Source: Oculina patagonica
Lineage: Eukaryota
Direction of reading: 5' to 3'
Length of the DNA: 64,000 nt
Assembly: GCF_052425735.1 (NCBI RefSeq)
Contig: NC_135768.1
Coordinates: 8,742,001 to 8,806,000 of the forward strand
The translations under genes and the position numbers were made by a program. Positions 46,201-61,054 of the stretch are shown piece by piece. The notes beneath the pieces are model-generated. The model ran no database searches. It was not told the origin of the DNA and saw nothing but the letters and a program-made list of their open reading frames with translations. Numbering within the stretch: the stretch's first letter is position 1; each line of letters begins with the position of its first letter.

Positions 46201-49200
46201 GAAATCAGGGTACCTTCTTTCATAGCAAAACTCAATGCGGGTACAATGTTTTTTAAATGCACAAGAGTAGAAAATTTTTAGGCTATGAAACACAGTTTGG
46301 TAGCACAAACGTGTCGCTCGAAAAACAGACATCACAAAGACATTTTTATGCGGTTTGAAAGCGCGTTTGCTAAAAACAATCGCTCTTTCGGTAGACAATA
46401 GAGAAACACTTTGAATTACTGCTTTTATATGAAAAAGGACAAACAACAAATCACCGCGAACATTCCTGATTTTCTTCAGCTATTCAATTTGGCGCGCGTC
46501 TACAGTGTATTGAGCTTGTAAATTAAAAATTGTGAAAAAAAGACCGTTGAAAGAAAATTGATAATCAATCAAGACGTATGATTACCCGTCAACAACTTCC
46601 ATATTTACTTATCGGTTATCAATTAAACAATTAATCATTGCAGAATGCGCTTGTTTCTTATCGACTTCCTGATCTCTTTGTTCGTTTTCTCAGCCTCGTG
46701 GTAAGTGATATATCCCTACATGATGCCATTCTGAAGTAGAATTTAATTTATTTACCTATTAATATTTTCTCTTCCCTTGAGCCAAATATAAAAGATCATG
46801 AATTTGTGACTTTAACTAGTGGATCCTTGGATGAAACCCTAGTGTGTGACCATTCAAATGAAAGTCACCAGAGTTTTATGTGGAGTGTTGCTTAACAAAG
46901 CGGCGCTAACTTCTGTCGGTGGATAGAACCCCAGTGTGTGACCATTCATATGAATGCTTTTGAGTAGCACAGTTTCTAGAGATTTTGATGTTTTGACTAT
47001 CTTAGCTTAGAGTATTTTGAAATCTCGGAAAACTGGGAACATTTTTAATTTTGAGGTAGAAGGTGGAGACACAGGTTGGAGTTATAGAGTAAAAACAATC
47101 CCCCTTAATGGTCAGTTCCTCAATTTTCATAAGCTCCTCACCTAAATGTGTATTGATATTTTAGAGCGTCTGATTTTAGATGCTAGAAATTGTTTAGTAA
47201 CAAACACAAAAATGATACTGAGAAAACTGGTGGAAATCAAGCATGATTATAAAACGTTTCTTCAACGTTTTCACACCTTTGATTTGTTCAGTTATGTTTT
47301 TTTACTTAGCCATTGCATGAGAAACAATTCTTTTTCAGTATGCCAAACGTGATCATCACATATTTTTTGACAATGTCAAATAGTTTGTCTAGATATATGG
47401 GAGTGAAATTGAGTGGCTGGGGCCTTTGATGTTTGGGGGGACGAGGGGTAGAAGTTGGCGAGGAAACTTTTAACGGTTTGTTCACCTTTGAGCTCATTTG
47501 TCCGTCGTTAGTTACAAAATTAGCTGTTTGAAGGGTAAAAATTTGACGCCGGTCCGTTGTCAATGGAAATCAACTGTAGCGTTTGGGCAGATTTAAAAAT
47601 CACCTCGCATCAATCAAATTTTAGGTACCATCAGGTCACGAAAACAAAGAAAATGGCTTTACTGGGGAAAATATTTTATCTCATAGGAGCGAAAATCTTC
47701 AGAACCTTACAAACATAATAAAAGATCATAATGGAGTATAGAGAATTGATCATTGCTCCAAACTTGGGGTGACCGCAAATGTTTCGGTCTGCCGGTTTTG
47801 AAGTCATCATGGATTGCACCTGCTCAATTGAATAGTCCACTGGAATTTCAAGCTTGTTCTCGTTTAACTGGTTAAACAGCAAGTTCTTTGTTTTTGCTTT
47901 TTTGTTAGAAAGCGCCAATTTAATTGCGTAGTCTGGGATAGAACAAAAGGACGATTCTATTCGGCTCGCGACCGGGAAAATGATTGCATAACTAGCTCAT
48001 AATGGGCGTTCAAGTTACGACCTATTTTAATCATTTCACTCTCCAGGAGTAGGCCTTGAGAATATTAAAGTTGCGCTAACTTTTAATTTTGTGGGTAAAA
48101 TCCTGGCATGTTACCATTCAATTGAAAGCTCTTGGGCAGTAGTTTATTGCGGTGCTGTTAATTTTCTTATATTTTCAAAATGAAAATTTGGGAATTATCT
48201 ATGCAATTTTCAACTTGGTATGGCTACACTATATTCAGTGAGTTCTTGAATGGAAAAATGGTTAATGAGAACTGTAGGTCATCAAATTTAGGCTCATAGA
48301 GTGTTTGAAATTATTTTCGTTTACTTGACACACGAATTTAAAGTCAAATATTAGCAATTGTAGACTTATAGGTCAAATTAAACAAGTTAGCTGACCTGAG
48401 TTTTCGCCAGAGAACGGAATATTTAGAGAAGTTCAAGGTCTTGGTATATTTCATCTAACATGGCGGCAAAACAGGTAAATTAGGCATTTTCTTCATTTTT
48501 TCATGTAGTTGTTTTGGAAAACGGGATACCCTTTGATTCTTTATTTGCATGCCACTAAAAAGAGGAAATTTAGGAAAATTTCAAATTAAATCCTAATATA
48601 AGTAATTCAGTCTATATAGGTTTAATAAATTATTCTAACCGGGCGTTTGCCAACTTGCCTCGAACCAGTTGTTTTCTATTGTTATTATAATTATCAAGAT
48701 CATTTTCGATTTATCACGGGGTTCGGTCCGGGGCTAAAGAAAATGAGATATTTAAACAATTTACTTGTAAGGAACTTCAATCATTTGTATAAAGCCGCGG
48801 TGTCTGAACCGCAAATCAAACAAAATTGTGTTTTAATTTTCATTTAAAAACAAATAAAATGCATGAGAAACCACAAATACTATATAGTGTAGACTGGGGT
48901 TTATGCTAATCCCTGGTGCAAAATTAAAGAGAAACAGCAGACATGTATAGAAATTCCCAAGTGAACCAAGTTCTTATATTCCGGTATCATGAGTAAATGA
49001 TTTATGGTTTTATCAACAAAATCATGTTTGTTGGAGGGTTTAACGACTTTCCCCAAATGATTTTGCTCATACTTGCTTCAGAGTTTCGTGATCAGCGAAA
49101 ATATTTTAACTCAAGAACAACAAAGATATTGAGTTGTTTTTTGGTCAATCAGAGACAAAACCGGCAAAACCAGTTTTGATTTGCACTAGTCTGTGCGAAA

Positions 49201-52200
49201 ATTGAAAGTCCTGCTTGCAACAATTCAAGGCGTAGGCATAAACCCTCAATGATCGTGTCTTCTATTTTTTTCTACTGAGTTTAAGAGAAACGATAAAATG
49301 CAAAGCTTTAAACTTTAAAGAAAACATGTTGGTCTTAGAAAAAAATCAATTCAAACCTTCATTCTCTAAAAGTATTAACATTTCAAATCTCCTTACGAAG
49401 GCTAGAAAGGTATTGAGAATAAGAAATCATCAGATACAGCTACTGTGATCAATCGATAAAATCACACGATTAACATTGGAGAAAATGTATAACAGTCTTA
49501 GGAGAATTCGTATTTGAATCTTTCAAGGGTTAAAACATATGCTTGTGTTTCCAAGTACAGTGCTGTTTTGTGTTTATGTTTATACACGCAGTCGACTTTG
49601 TACCTAGCTGAAGTTGACCGTTTCAAAAGGTCCTTCAATAACGGATATTGACTTAAAGTTGCTAAGAATAATTCATTGTTTGCTATTGTGTAGATCCATG
49701 GGAAAAGCCAAGGGACTTTTGAATTTACCACAAACTTAATTAGTTTCTCAGAAAACAATGAGCTGACAATACCAAAGCCTTGGGCTGTTTTTGAATGCTT
49801 TCACAGTGAGTTCTTACAATAAATTGAAAGCCCAAAAAATTAAAACAGAGCGTCTCTATCGAATCCTCTTTACTAAATAAACACGTGAAGTGATTTATCA
49901 CTTTTCACAATATTTTGTAAAGAACGTTTTGTAGATGTTATGAAGAAATATCATCATCAATGACTCTTCACGTGTGTTCTGTTAATCGCAGCGGTTAACA
50001 GTTATTCATCGAAGTGAGGTGAATAACGTTCGATATTAACTGGGCTGCAAATGTAATGTCAATTCCACATCAGTTATAAATATCAAGGGAAACACGAATC
50101 TTTTTTTTTTTGTTTTGTTTCTTCTTCAGTTTTATTCAACGATGAGTCTGAAGAAAGAATCTTTCTCGTCTATATAATGTCAACCTTTGCAGATTATCGC
50201 TTAGCCAGTAGAATGTCTAGCTAATTACCCAATTATTACACACGGAAAAACAGTTCCGATCATGTACTCTGTTTATTTTGTCCGGTTTTCTGACAACTTT
50301 TATCCGTGATGAACACGTTGCTAGGGAGTAACTGAACAATAAAGTGTTTGAATGATCATATTTACTCAGAAGATTGATCATGAACAACAAGGGTTTCTAA
50401 ACAAAAAGACACAAAATGTCTGGCTTGAAATTGAAAATGTGTCAAGCCAAGATGGAGTAGTGTTACCAGGCAACAAGAAAACTATTTCCACGAGAGTATC
50501 TGAGTTCAAAAGTTGCTAACATCCAAATTATGTTAACCAATTGCTTGAAGAAAATAAGACTTGAAGTGAAGCTAACTGCATGTTAGAAGCATTTTAAGTT
50601 AGATACGACATTTATTTTTTCGCTCAGATATATTCTTAACCTTTCGAAAATGTTGCGAGAAAAGATTGACTTATTTTATACTTGTCAAACTTACAAAGGG
50701 CCGTTATCAGGATTTACTACCACTTATCACACAGTCGGTGAGTCCGCAACATGATTGTTAAAGTCTCAATGAAGCGTTTAAAAAGCAAGCACAAAACAGA
50801 CAGCGCTGACTTGGTCTAACTCGAGCTCGACATCTCGGCGCCGACAGAAATATGGAAGGCAGACCATTAACGGGTTAATTTTATGTTGAACAGCCGGTAT
50901 GGGTAATTATTTCACTCCATAGAGCGCTAATAAATTTTCTTTTATGCACTGAGAGCTCAGCAATGCATTCAACAGGTAACAATGGACGTAACAGCAAATG
51001 ATTGGTTTGTAAAACCGCGCAAACATGTTGTATTGTTTAAGGCAACTGTAAAAAGATATTGAATTCGAAGAAAAAGCACGCTTCATACAAACACAATTGA
51101 GTTTTAGTTTTTCAATTTAGTGTAGTGCATCGCACAGTAATACCGACCTAACAGACTTTTAAATGAACTTAACCAGTTGAGTGGACGTTTTTTAATTTAT
51201 TTTTAGGAAAGATACCCGTCAACGTTTGAGGAAGACAAAAATTGTATTTCATGAATAGGTTTCAATTGGAATCAGTAAAATATATTTTACCAAGCTTTAC
51301 ACAGCTGTTTGGTGGAAATGAATTGCGTGTTGTTTGCCTTGAATTGTAATTTTGAAGTTGTTGGCTACTTAGTAAGTAATTCTCACACTCTTCTACACAA
51401 AACACAAAAGCGCTTATTATCACGGAACGGTCATAATCACGCGCGCAAACTGTTTAACTAACACGCTAAATGTAGCGTAACATACAATGAATAACGAATA
51501 TGCATTAGACAGAGACTTAACTAAACACTGCTGAGAAATTTCCAGAACACAAAGATATACCCAAATTTAGGTTTCTACGGCTAAGACCATCCCCAGCAGC
51601 TAAACCAAAAATTTGGCCGAGTCTGCTGTAACTTGCTTAATATTGGATGATGATTTCATCAAAATAAAACTGAATCAATGGTAGAGTTTTTAACCTTTAG
51701 GCCCGAACTGAAAAAGCACTTTTCTAATTCACAGCTATAAAGAAATTCGACAAAAAAGAAAAATAAAACGGCGAATTTCAATGAAAATTGCTTTTTTGAA
51801 TTGTTTCTCTTGGCGGTTTTTTTACTAAGATAACCAGTCTTCAAAGAAAATGGAAGTATGAATTAATAATGCATCTCCAGTGAAAAGCTGGACTCGCATA
51901 AATTATCGCCTGAACAATGGCTTTTATTTGGAGTTTCGCTCTCCCTTGGTAACTCACGACAAACCGTTTGACTTCGTCTGAGACTGTTTAAGCTTTCGAT
52001 CCTAATGAAAATACCCAGCGCAAAGTTAACTTTTAACCAGTAGTGTTTTAGAACTCGCTCGAGCTGATAAATTCGTCTTTTACCCGGACTGGTGTTAAGC
52101 GCGTTATATTGGCACTCGTAAATCCAACTTTTCACGCAAGGTCACGCAACTAAGAACCTCGTTGTCGATTGTTTAAGTTAACTGTTTTCCTTCTGGAAAA

Positions 52201-55200
52201 TTAAAGCGAACTCGGTTAGAAACTGCACGGGTTCGCTACCAAACTTCAAAGATTTTAAGATGGCGCATTCAAGAACTTTCGTAGATTTTTGACAGGGTGT
52301 TTAAATCTTTCTTGCAATATATTTGCGCGGTTTTATTTCTGTAGCCAAGGTTTCATTTTTTTTTCGAAGCACATGTAATGATGAAATTACTTCGCAACTT
52401 CGCAGAACGGATATAACTGTAAATCGCTGCGAGGAACCCTTAACCCCAAATTGCCACCCGCCTGTTTTTCTTGAATCACATGTGTGGATAACTGTCGCCT
52501 CACAAAACAATTTTCTTTGTTGGGGTCTTAGATTCCCCAGCTTTTTTAGTGAATGAAATAAAAAAAGAAAACTTAGCTATCCGTGGTCGGTATACCCTAA
52601 TCCTGTTTACGATCTTATAATGACTACACGTTCCAGATCGTGTTTAGTTGTAATCGAACTTTTTCTCGCTGCAGGTGAAATTCGTGTCAAGTCAATTTTG
52701 TTACGCAAGCTTAAACAAGCATAAACTTCAGTTTTCTACTAAGGTCCGGTACTTGGTGAAAATGACAACTCCATCTTACAAACATGAGACCAAAATTTTG
52801 CGATCAATTCGTCGGGTGGAAATATTTGTTAATTCGACGAAAAATGTAAAACGATGTTAGTGCCCCTTTAGCAACACTATACCAGCTATTGACTTGTCGC
52901 GACAACATAAACTGAATTACATTTCGCTGCAATGAAATTTTGAGCCAGAATTTTGCTAAGAATAGCCAGAATTAAAACACATCTGATAGCTTAGAAGTAC
53001 ACACGCACATATAACTGTTTCGAGAAGATATATAAGACAAAACCGGGGTAAACTTTGTAAATATGTACTCTATATTTAAATACGTAATGTTTGATTACAA
53101 GATAAACAGGCTTCAAGAAACCATATATCACTTTACACGAAAATCGTTGTTCTCGTAAAACCTTGACACATTTCGGGGAAATTATGACGGGTTGTTAATC
53201 AAAACGATGTTAAAGGGTGTTAATACTTCGAGCGAAGAAATGTTGAAATGGGGATCGCGAAATTAACGCACTTAATAAATCATAACAGAATTTGTAAGTA
53301 AACCACTAACAAACTCACCTGAAATATCCGAATATTAACTGCACGCTCAGTGTTCCGTCTTCTCGATCAATGTTACGCTCGCTGAGCTCTCAAAAGTCGC
53401 GAAGTCTCGCTGTTTCGAACCAAGCAGTGTTGCAAAGCCGTTTTCGAAACTTTTTAAGTGTTGATAAAGATACGCCTGTTGGGTGACTAACAAAAAGCCG
53501 ACAATTACATTGTATTAAGGGATTTCATTGTTTCGTAAGCTTTCGTCACACCCTTTCATGCCTTTTGTATACAATACAAACATCAATTCGTACTAGATAA
53601 TGTATTCAAATTTGCCATGACTTGTATTAACCACACGAATGTAGTTATCACGCGATATTGGAACGACTTAGAGTAACAGATGATTCGGACAGAGTTGTCA
53701 ACGCGCGCCTTAAAAATAAGACAAAATGCGCTCTTGAAAAAAAGCGCGCGAAAAATTACATTTTCATTTCAGCTGGTGGGACAAGCAATGTGTTTACATA
53801 TTTCACTTGAATCGGTCTTTCATTAAAGGCGCCCCACCGTTATGAGCTGCAACCAGTTATTTTAGAGCAAATCAATCTTAATTGAAACAAGAAACAAAAT
53901 TTCCTTTTCAATTTGCGCTACGATTTTCCATGCTATGAAATCGCCCAAAATGAGCCATTAAAATCGCTTTCAAAATGAACCGTGTTGCCTTTATTAAATA
54001 GTCGTTTTGCAATGCAAATTCAGCCTCCTCTAGTAAATAATTCCTTTACCCTTCTTTAGCTTTTTCAAGAAAATTCGATTTTCGCATGTAGATTAGCATG
54101 ACATGTTACTATTGTTAGGGACGAAGCTGACGTATTTCGATAGAAATTGCGTGTTTCAATCCACTACAAGCGAAAGCTGTTACGGAATGGTTAGAAACCC
54201 TCCTTGGACGCTCTATGTTTTTGATCTTTTGATGGGTTTCCTATGGAAAAAAACTTTTTCGTTTTCACCGAAGAATACTGATATAATACAAGCACGTATT
54301 ATTAGCACGTCCGTACTATTGAAGAGTCATAACCGTTGAACCTTGACGAGCGAATCTGTAAACACATTTTGAGTAATGATATCATGACACAATTGTAGAA
54401 TATTTGAATCGCGCGCTAAAGTTAAACTGCGGCAGTTTCAGTTATGAATCACGCAGGAATTGATGATCATGATCGCGCTTTTCAACATTGTCTTTCCCAC
54501 GTATACAAGTAAAGAATGCTGCCTTTGATATTAACAAAGGGTATTTAGATCCCGCAAAATCCGTTATCTCTTTAATTGCGATAGACCAGGATAATATATA
54601 ACATGTACAGACATTTATGGCCAATTTCATTGGCTCCTCGGAAATTAACCATTTTTCTTATTTCCTGTTGGGTTTTGCGGAAGAAAAAACGGTTACATTG
54701 ATATCGCGAAACTATTCCGTGAATTTTCAGCGTTATATTTACTTCCCTGGCGTCCATGTGACTTGGATATGTCGACATGTATCTGGAAATAGCTCAATAA
54801 TACGGTTCCAGTACTTAGAAAGCAATGCTTACTTTTCGAGGTTGACTGCGCAAGCGCTTCGGGCGTTTTCTGGTTGTTTGCGTCGCTTTGTAAATTCAAC
54901 AAGTGAATGCATTTTTGTAAAGGTTACAATAAGTGGTGACATTATTATAAAGCCCTTTATTTCGTCTTATGTCAATCAATACTACACTAAATGAATCTTT
55001 TTTCATTACTCACTGTAGTGTAAAAGGTTTCGTGAGGCGGGGTGGAGAACAAAAATAGAACTACATTTTGCACGAATCGTTTTGAACCGCCCCAAATCCC
55101 GGAATTTGGACGGCACATGCCGCAAAATACTAAATATCATTTCGTGTTCCCAAAACGGAAATCTCATAATCCTTGATAAGCCGTAGTTATAGCTGCAGTT

Positions 55201-58200
55201 ACTATGTTTGAAGTATTACTTTATCGTTAAGATGTTGACGCGTGACGTAGTTCAACCTTGAACTTTGTTTAATTACTTCATGTAAATTTCGCCCCACTTG
55301 TTTCCAAATCATTTACTTGAAAAAACTATTTTATATTGCCATTTACATCTAAAGTGCAAAACAAAATGATCCCAGACGTTTGGAACCTCTAAAAATTAGC
55401 AAACCCGACTAAAGTCATCAAGAGTCTCCAGAGTCGAAGTGTTCATGTGTGCACGCATCATTCCATTTCAAGGGCTTTGACTGAAGAGCGATTATTAAAT
55501 GAAAATGGCGGCATTCCAAAAGGGCATTCATGGCGACCAGGTTATAATTAGCCTTTTTACCCTTCGAGCAATTTCAAAAAAAAAATTTCATAGTTTAAAT
55601 CGCAACACGCAATCACAACTTCTTGAGCATGAAATGTGCGAATTATTTCAGCAGAGGCGGATGCCTACCTTAAAATTTGCTCTTTGTTCAAGAACCGCAA
55701 AAAAAAATCGAAATGGCGCTTCCGAAATTCCACACGAAATGTTTGCTGCTTAGTCGTACAGTAATTTTTTCTTTAAATCTTTAAGCAAATAGCACTTTGT
55801 CTACGATTCGTGGGATTCCAAAAGCGATTTCAATCGGACAATTCTCTAGTCAATATTTCTTGTTGTTTTGTAACGACTAAGTAATTTTTGTCTGAATTTC
55901 TCTATCATTGACGCAAAATTATCTATCAATTCGACTTTGAACCACAATTAAATTTTTTAATGACCCCAGCTTTCTTTAATGTCATAAGTGGTTTGTGCAG
56001 CATTTTGCTGAAGGACTCTTCAAATTCTTTTAAGCTCTTTTACAGTGTTTGCCACCAGGTTGGTTTTACTCCCGGCCACCACACATGCCTAATGTATATT
56101 ACAGTTTTTAAAACCATGATAAGTTTGTTTCTAAATTTTGACGATATTTGCTTAAGAGACTGAAAACCACCATCAAAGTTGCCGCTGAATGTGTGCCAAG
56201 TTAAATTGACAGCATTCCTATCATAATTATATCACGCGTAAATTAAAACGTATTATAAGAGTTTCAGTTGTACGGATTTTAAATTCGATTTAAAAATGTA
56301 ATCGTTTTTCACTCAAAAATCTGCTAAAGCTCAGAACCATCATCCTTACGTACTTTCAATCTTTCTCTAGCTCTCTTTAAACCAACAGTCAGAGATAAGA
56401 CTTCAGATAAGTTTTTTCATTTCATTGTAACTTTTTGAAGGGAAAAGGGAGTTATCTTTTGATCGAATTTTAAAACCATTCAAACTCTTATAGTAAGCTT
56501 AGATTGCCCGTGCTCAATCATCTCGCATATAATCAAAGATGTAACTCGATAAAACTGGCTATTTTTACCTTTAAATTTGTCCTTGGCGACTATATAAAAT
56601 ATATGCAAGAGCTCCTTACCAACAGCATAAATTAAAGTCTAGCTGTAAAACAAGATAAATTTGCTGGGCACTCTGTTTTTGCAGAGTAAAATTCTTATTA
56701 TGGTTATCCCCTTTGTAGAATGGAATACATAACCCCCAAAACCTCGCTATTTTTACCTATATCTGTGACTATAAAATATGCAGCAAGATATTACCCAGCC
56801 CAGAAACTTCTACAAAAAATGTAAATTTACATGAGCATTATTTAAAGACATTTCTGTGGCAAAGAGAAATATTTTTTACATACCAAGTATTAGAATTGCG
56901 AAAATTAATGAGTTAGTAAATGTGTATATTTAAATTTGTGTATTCAAGAACTTTTGTTTAATCTCCCTTCCACTTTCCTTCTTAAATGTAAGCATCAGTC
57001 CCTCACACTGCTTATCATGTCGAATATTTTACTGATTCAACATTCAGGTTTACAAACGATCTGGCACTTCTTATATCGGTCTGTCGCTTTGGTTTTGCCT
57101 TAATTTGAGTTACTAAATCAGCTTAATCTTCGACGACTCTATGCAACACATCGTATCAGGTGGGATTTCGCGCGCGAGAGCCAGCTTTGTTTCGCCAATG
57201 CTAAAGAAGTCACGCGCTCCTATAGCGAGTGGTTTATCTTTCCATGCCAGCGACAAGGTCCTGTCCTGCCAACCTCGTAAGCCAGGTTGCTGTACTGCAC
57301 GTGATTACGAATTAATCTTGCTTACATTAAGTGCAAAAGCCGTATATAGATACATGCACAAATAAACAGAAGTGTATGTTTAAAAGTTGAATGAATTGTT
57401 TTCTTTATATTTCTCTGTTATGTAGTCACATGATAATACTAATCGCATGTTGAGTTGGCTCACCATTTGTGATTTAAACGAAGCTAAACATCATTGAGTT
57501 GGTTTTAATAATGTGCACATGCAGGTTTAATTAAGCTTTATTATCAATAAAAAAAAGCTTTATTATCCACGCGAAATGTTGAACAAATATCCGGCCTCTC
57601 TTGATAACTGAGTTACCTTTCATGAATATGGTCGCCTCTATGGCAGTTGCTTTTCTGCTTTAATCTTAATGCTGCTGCCTTAAACGCTTTTCGACTACTC
57701 AATTAACTTTTTTACTTTACGCGGCCGAATATATTAATGTCGTTATAAATTGTCAAGCAGCGAGGAAATAGCACATTGATGTAGCTCGAAAACACGAGTA
57801 AAAGTAAACGGCCCCCGGAAAGACTTCCTATTGTGTTAAAGCCTTTCTCTTGGTTAACTGAATTGGGAAAATCACAGGGAAAATCAGATTTGTTTATCCT
57901 TTCGATCTCCCACGAATTTTAAGTGAATATTTGCATTTATATACCTATTTTCTCATTTCAAGGAGTTTCTCTTTGTTAATTTCTCAATAATGTCTTCCGT
58001 TGCACGTGGAAGGCTCAAAGGACGGGAAGAACATTTAGTTTCACATCGTGCTGTTTTGTTCGTGTCGATTGTCATCCAACTTCAACCTGTTCTCATTCCT
58101 GACTAAAAATAACACATCTTATAGCCCGATAGGTCGTTATCCTTCAATAAGTTTTGTCTGACCTTGAGGACAAGGCTTTTATTTTAAGATATGGATCTAA

Positions 58201-59499
58201 GTTATAATATAGATTGAACTTAAATTGGTATGTTCAACAATAGTGCCAAAGGGTAATTATAAAGTCGATGTGCAGCCAGTCTGTAATTTTGGGCAGCATA
58301 ACACCTTAATTGCAGCAATTATCTCAACTTAAGCTTTTCAACATTGATATGGGAAAAAATAAACCAGCGATCGAAGATCGAGTAGCTTCGGTTTCATCGC
58401 CATCTTGTTCTGAGGGGGAAACTTGATAAAAAGTTAAGAGCCATTCTAAGTTCGCACGCAGCATACGTTAGCCAAGGAATTTTTGCAAAGTTAACCTTTC
58501 CAGATGACTCGAACATTTTTAGTAGACTAACCGGCCGTCTAGCTATTCAAACGCACAAGCATGATTGCCTAAAGGCAGATACCGCACACGTATAAATAAC
58601 CTGCGTCAAGCAAGAGAAAACTCATTTTCTATGAAACGAACGTCGGCCATGTTGGATACAAGTTCTTCATAGTTGACAATTAATGCAAGACCTGATCTTT
58701 TCTTTGACTAATTGGTAGCATTTTTCAACCTCTTTCCTGCAGTTTTCATATTATTAATGAAATTATAAACTTATTTTTTTAAAAATTATCTACTATAGAA
58801 AGCGCCTTCGATGCTTTGCGCTTGAATGAAAATAATCACGCGCTTTCATCGTGAACATGTGCGTCTGCACAAAATGGCTTCCAATGTTGTACGTGAGGTC
58901 ACATAGGCAATGCGTGCACACGTAAAACCAATATCAAATATTTCCTACAGAAGATAATTTCCTAGAGATTTATATTCCTAAACCTGAAGATAATTGGCGA
59001 GAATTTTCTATGAGTAGGCGTGAAAATTTTGAAAACACGAAAATCTCAAAACTCGATGATTTCGTCACAAGTTCGACCAACTTTACATCTATGGTGGTAT
59101 AGTTGAAATCGTATCTGAGGGGCACAAACATAGTGATGCTTAGAGACTTATCGGATAGTTACAGCTAGTTACATACATTACAACTGAGAGTTCTACGATG
59201 TTTCATCGGCCCGTAAACAACTTAAGATGATTGCGTTCTACAAGGTTTGAGTCTAATCATCCATGTAGCTGAAACCAATTTCAGATCTGCAGGCTAAAGC
59301 AACTGAAAGCAATGATTGGGTCTACAGTGAACTAATACTGAACTACACTGGACACTTCAAATTAAGACAAGTTTCGTACATTCAAAACTGGTTACTATGC
59401 CATATCAGAGGTGAATTAGGGCTCTTGGGTTTACTGGTAAAAACAAGAAACGAGACCTGTTTTTACAAGATGTTGAAGACTTATAATTCCTAAGATTAA

Positions 59500-61054
59500 T
59501 CATTCAAATAAAGGCTGTTGAGCAGTACTTTCATACTGGCATATCGTTTATGATGTTGTACAAACTGGTAGCTCTCTGTGCAAAGCCTGGTGTGTGACCA
59601 TTTCAATGAACACTATTGACCAGTACTTTGAGGTGGTTGTTATATATTTCATAATGATACAAAGTGGTTTTAACTATTACGCTGGTGAAAGGATGAGACG
59701 CTAGTGTCAGCCCAATTAGACGGTCAGCTATAAAGCAGTACTTTAAGGTAGTTCTGTTTCAGTCTGTAGATAAAACACCAAGAGAGTGTGGCCATTCACA
59801 AAGGAATTACGTTCTTATACAAAATTTCACTTTTTGAGTCTTGTAGGAATTCAAACTACAGGTAAATTAAAAGAATAAATAAATAAGAACATTCTTGTGG
59901 CACTTTGACCGGCTGTAAGACGCTACTAGACAAATCAAAATTTCCAGTCTTAGTACTTAATATACAAAAACTCAAATTTAAATGAAAGCATTTTTGCGGT
60001 ACTATAAGTATGATTTTAGTGAAGATTTTGCCGCTAAGACGCGCTGCAAAGCCAATAACAAAACAACAACAAAGGAACCCGTTGTCATTTGTTCTTCATG
60101 TAACCACCGCAGTTTGATGGTCTTTGATATTAAGTTGCCCTGTGGTAAACCACCTTCGAATCGTTATGGAGCATTCATGCAAGGATAAAATATCCCCATT
60201 ACATGTGATTTCAGACACGATCCCGTTCGTCGGTCTTTTCTCAGTTGCAAGAGCATCGAAATATGTTCTCTTCCTCGAATGGTTACATATTTTTTTCATT
60301 GTGGGTTAACGGCAGTACCGAAATTTATAGAACTAACGGCTCATTATTAATCCTTCTTAAACCGTCTACATCCTAAGTCAAATACCAGTTAATTAATGTG
60401 CTTATTACTTTAAAGTTTGTGGACAAAGCTCCAGGGTGTGATCAACCAAATAAAAGCTATTGAGTAGTACTGGTACTGTTTGTTATGTTGTACAAGGTGG
60501 TTCTACCTCTTAAGTCTGTAGATGAAACCCTAGTGTGTGACCATTTAAATAAAAGCTATTGAGCAATACTTTCATGTGGTACTGTTTATTATCCAATAGT
60601 AGTTCCAACTTTTAATCTGTAGATAAAACCCTAGTGTGTTATCATTGAACTGGAAGTTATTGGATGGTGCTTTCATGTAATTTACAAAACTCAAGATGTG
60701 GAAGCTCTTTTTAAGGCTGAATGTCTCCATTGTGAAAACGTCTGTTTATTTTGCTGTGCAAACTGCTCAAGTCTGTTCTACGTTTTGAGACTGTAGAGTA
60801 TTCATCACCTGAATCACAGATAAGGTACTGAGCAGTACTTTCATGTGGTACTGTTTATTTGACTCTACAAGAGAGTAGTCTGCATTTTAACTCTGCGGAT
60901 GAAACCCTATACTAAGTGTGTGACCATTTAAATGAAAACTATAGACCAGTGCTGTTTGTTTTTCTGCATGGCAAAATGAAAAATTATCCTTTTTTTGTCG
61001 TTTTATTTCATTTCATTTTAACTTGGGCACTCTTGCATAGGAGTGAAAGGGTTA
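59500..61054. repeat. Degenerate ~100-bp satellite-like units (GAGCAGTACTTTCATGTGGTACTG...GATGAAACCCTAGTGTGTGACCATT)
   Basis: Clusters at 59500-59800 and 60410-60960 ending in GTGAAAGGG|TTAA; further copies at ~26010, 46820-46970 and 48080-48170. Confidence 0.8.

Noticed and set aside
47366-47380. Palindromic DM-like site TTTGACAATGTCAAA and scattered ACAWTGT cores
   Set aside because: Several ACAWTGT cores are expected by chance in 32 kb of AT-rich DNA; no enrichment is evident.
59500-60960. Repeat-spacer appearance suggesting a CRISPR array
   Set aside because: Eukaryotic context, degenerate contiguous ~100-bp units, no unique spacers and no cas genes.
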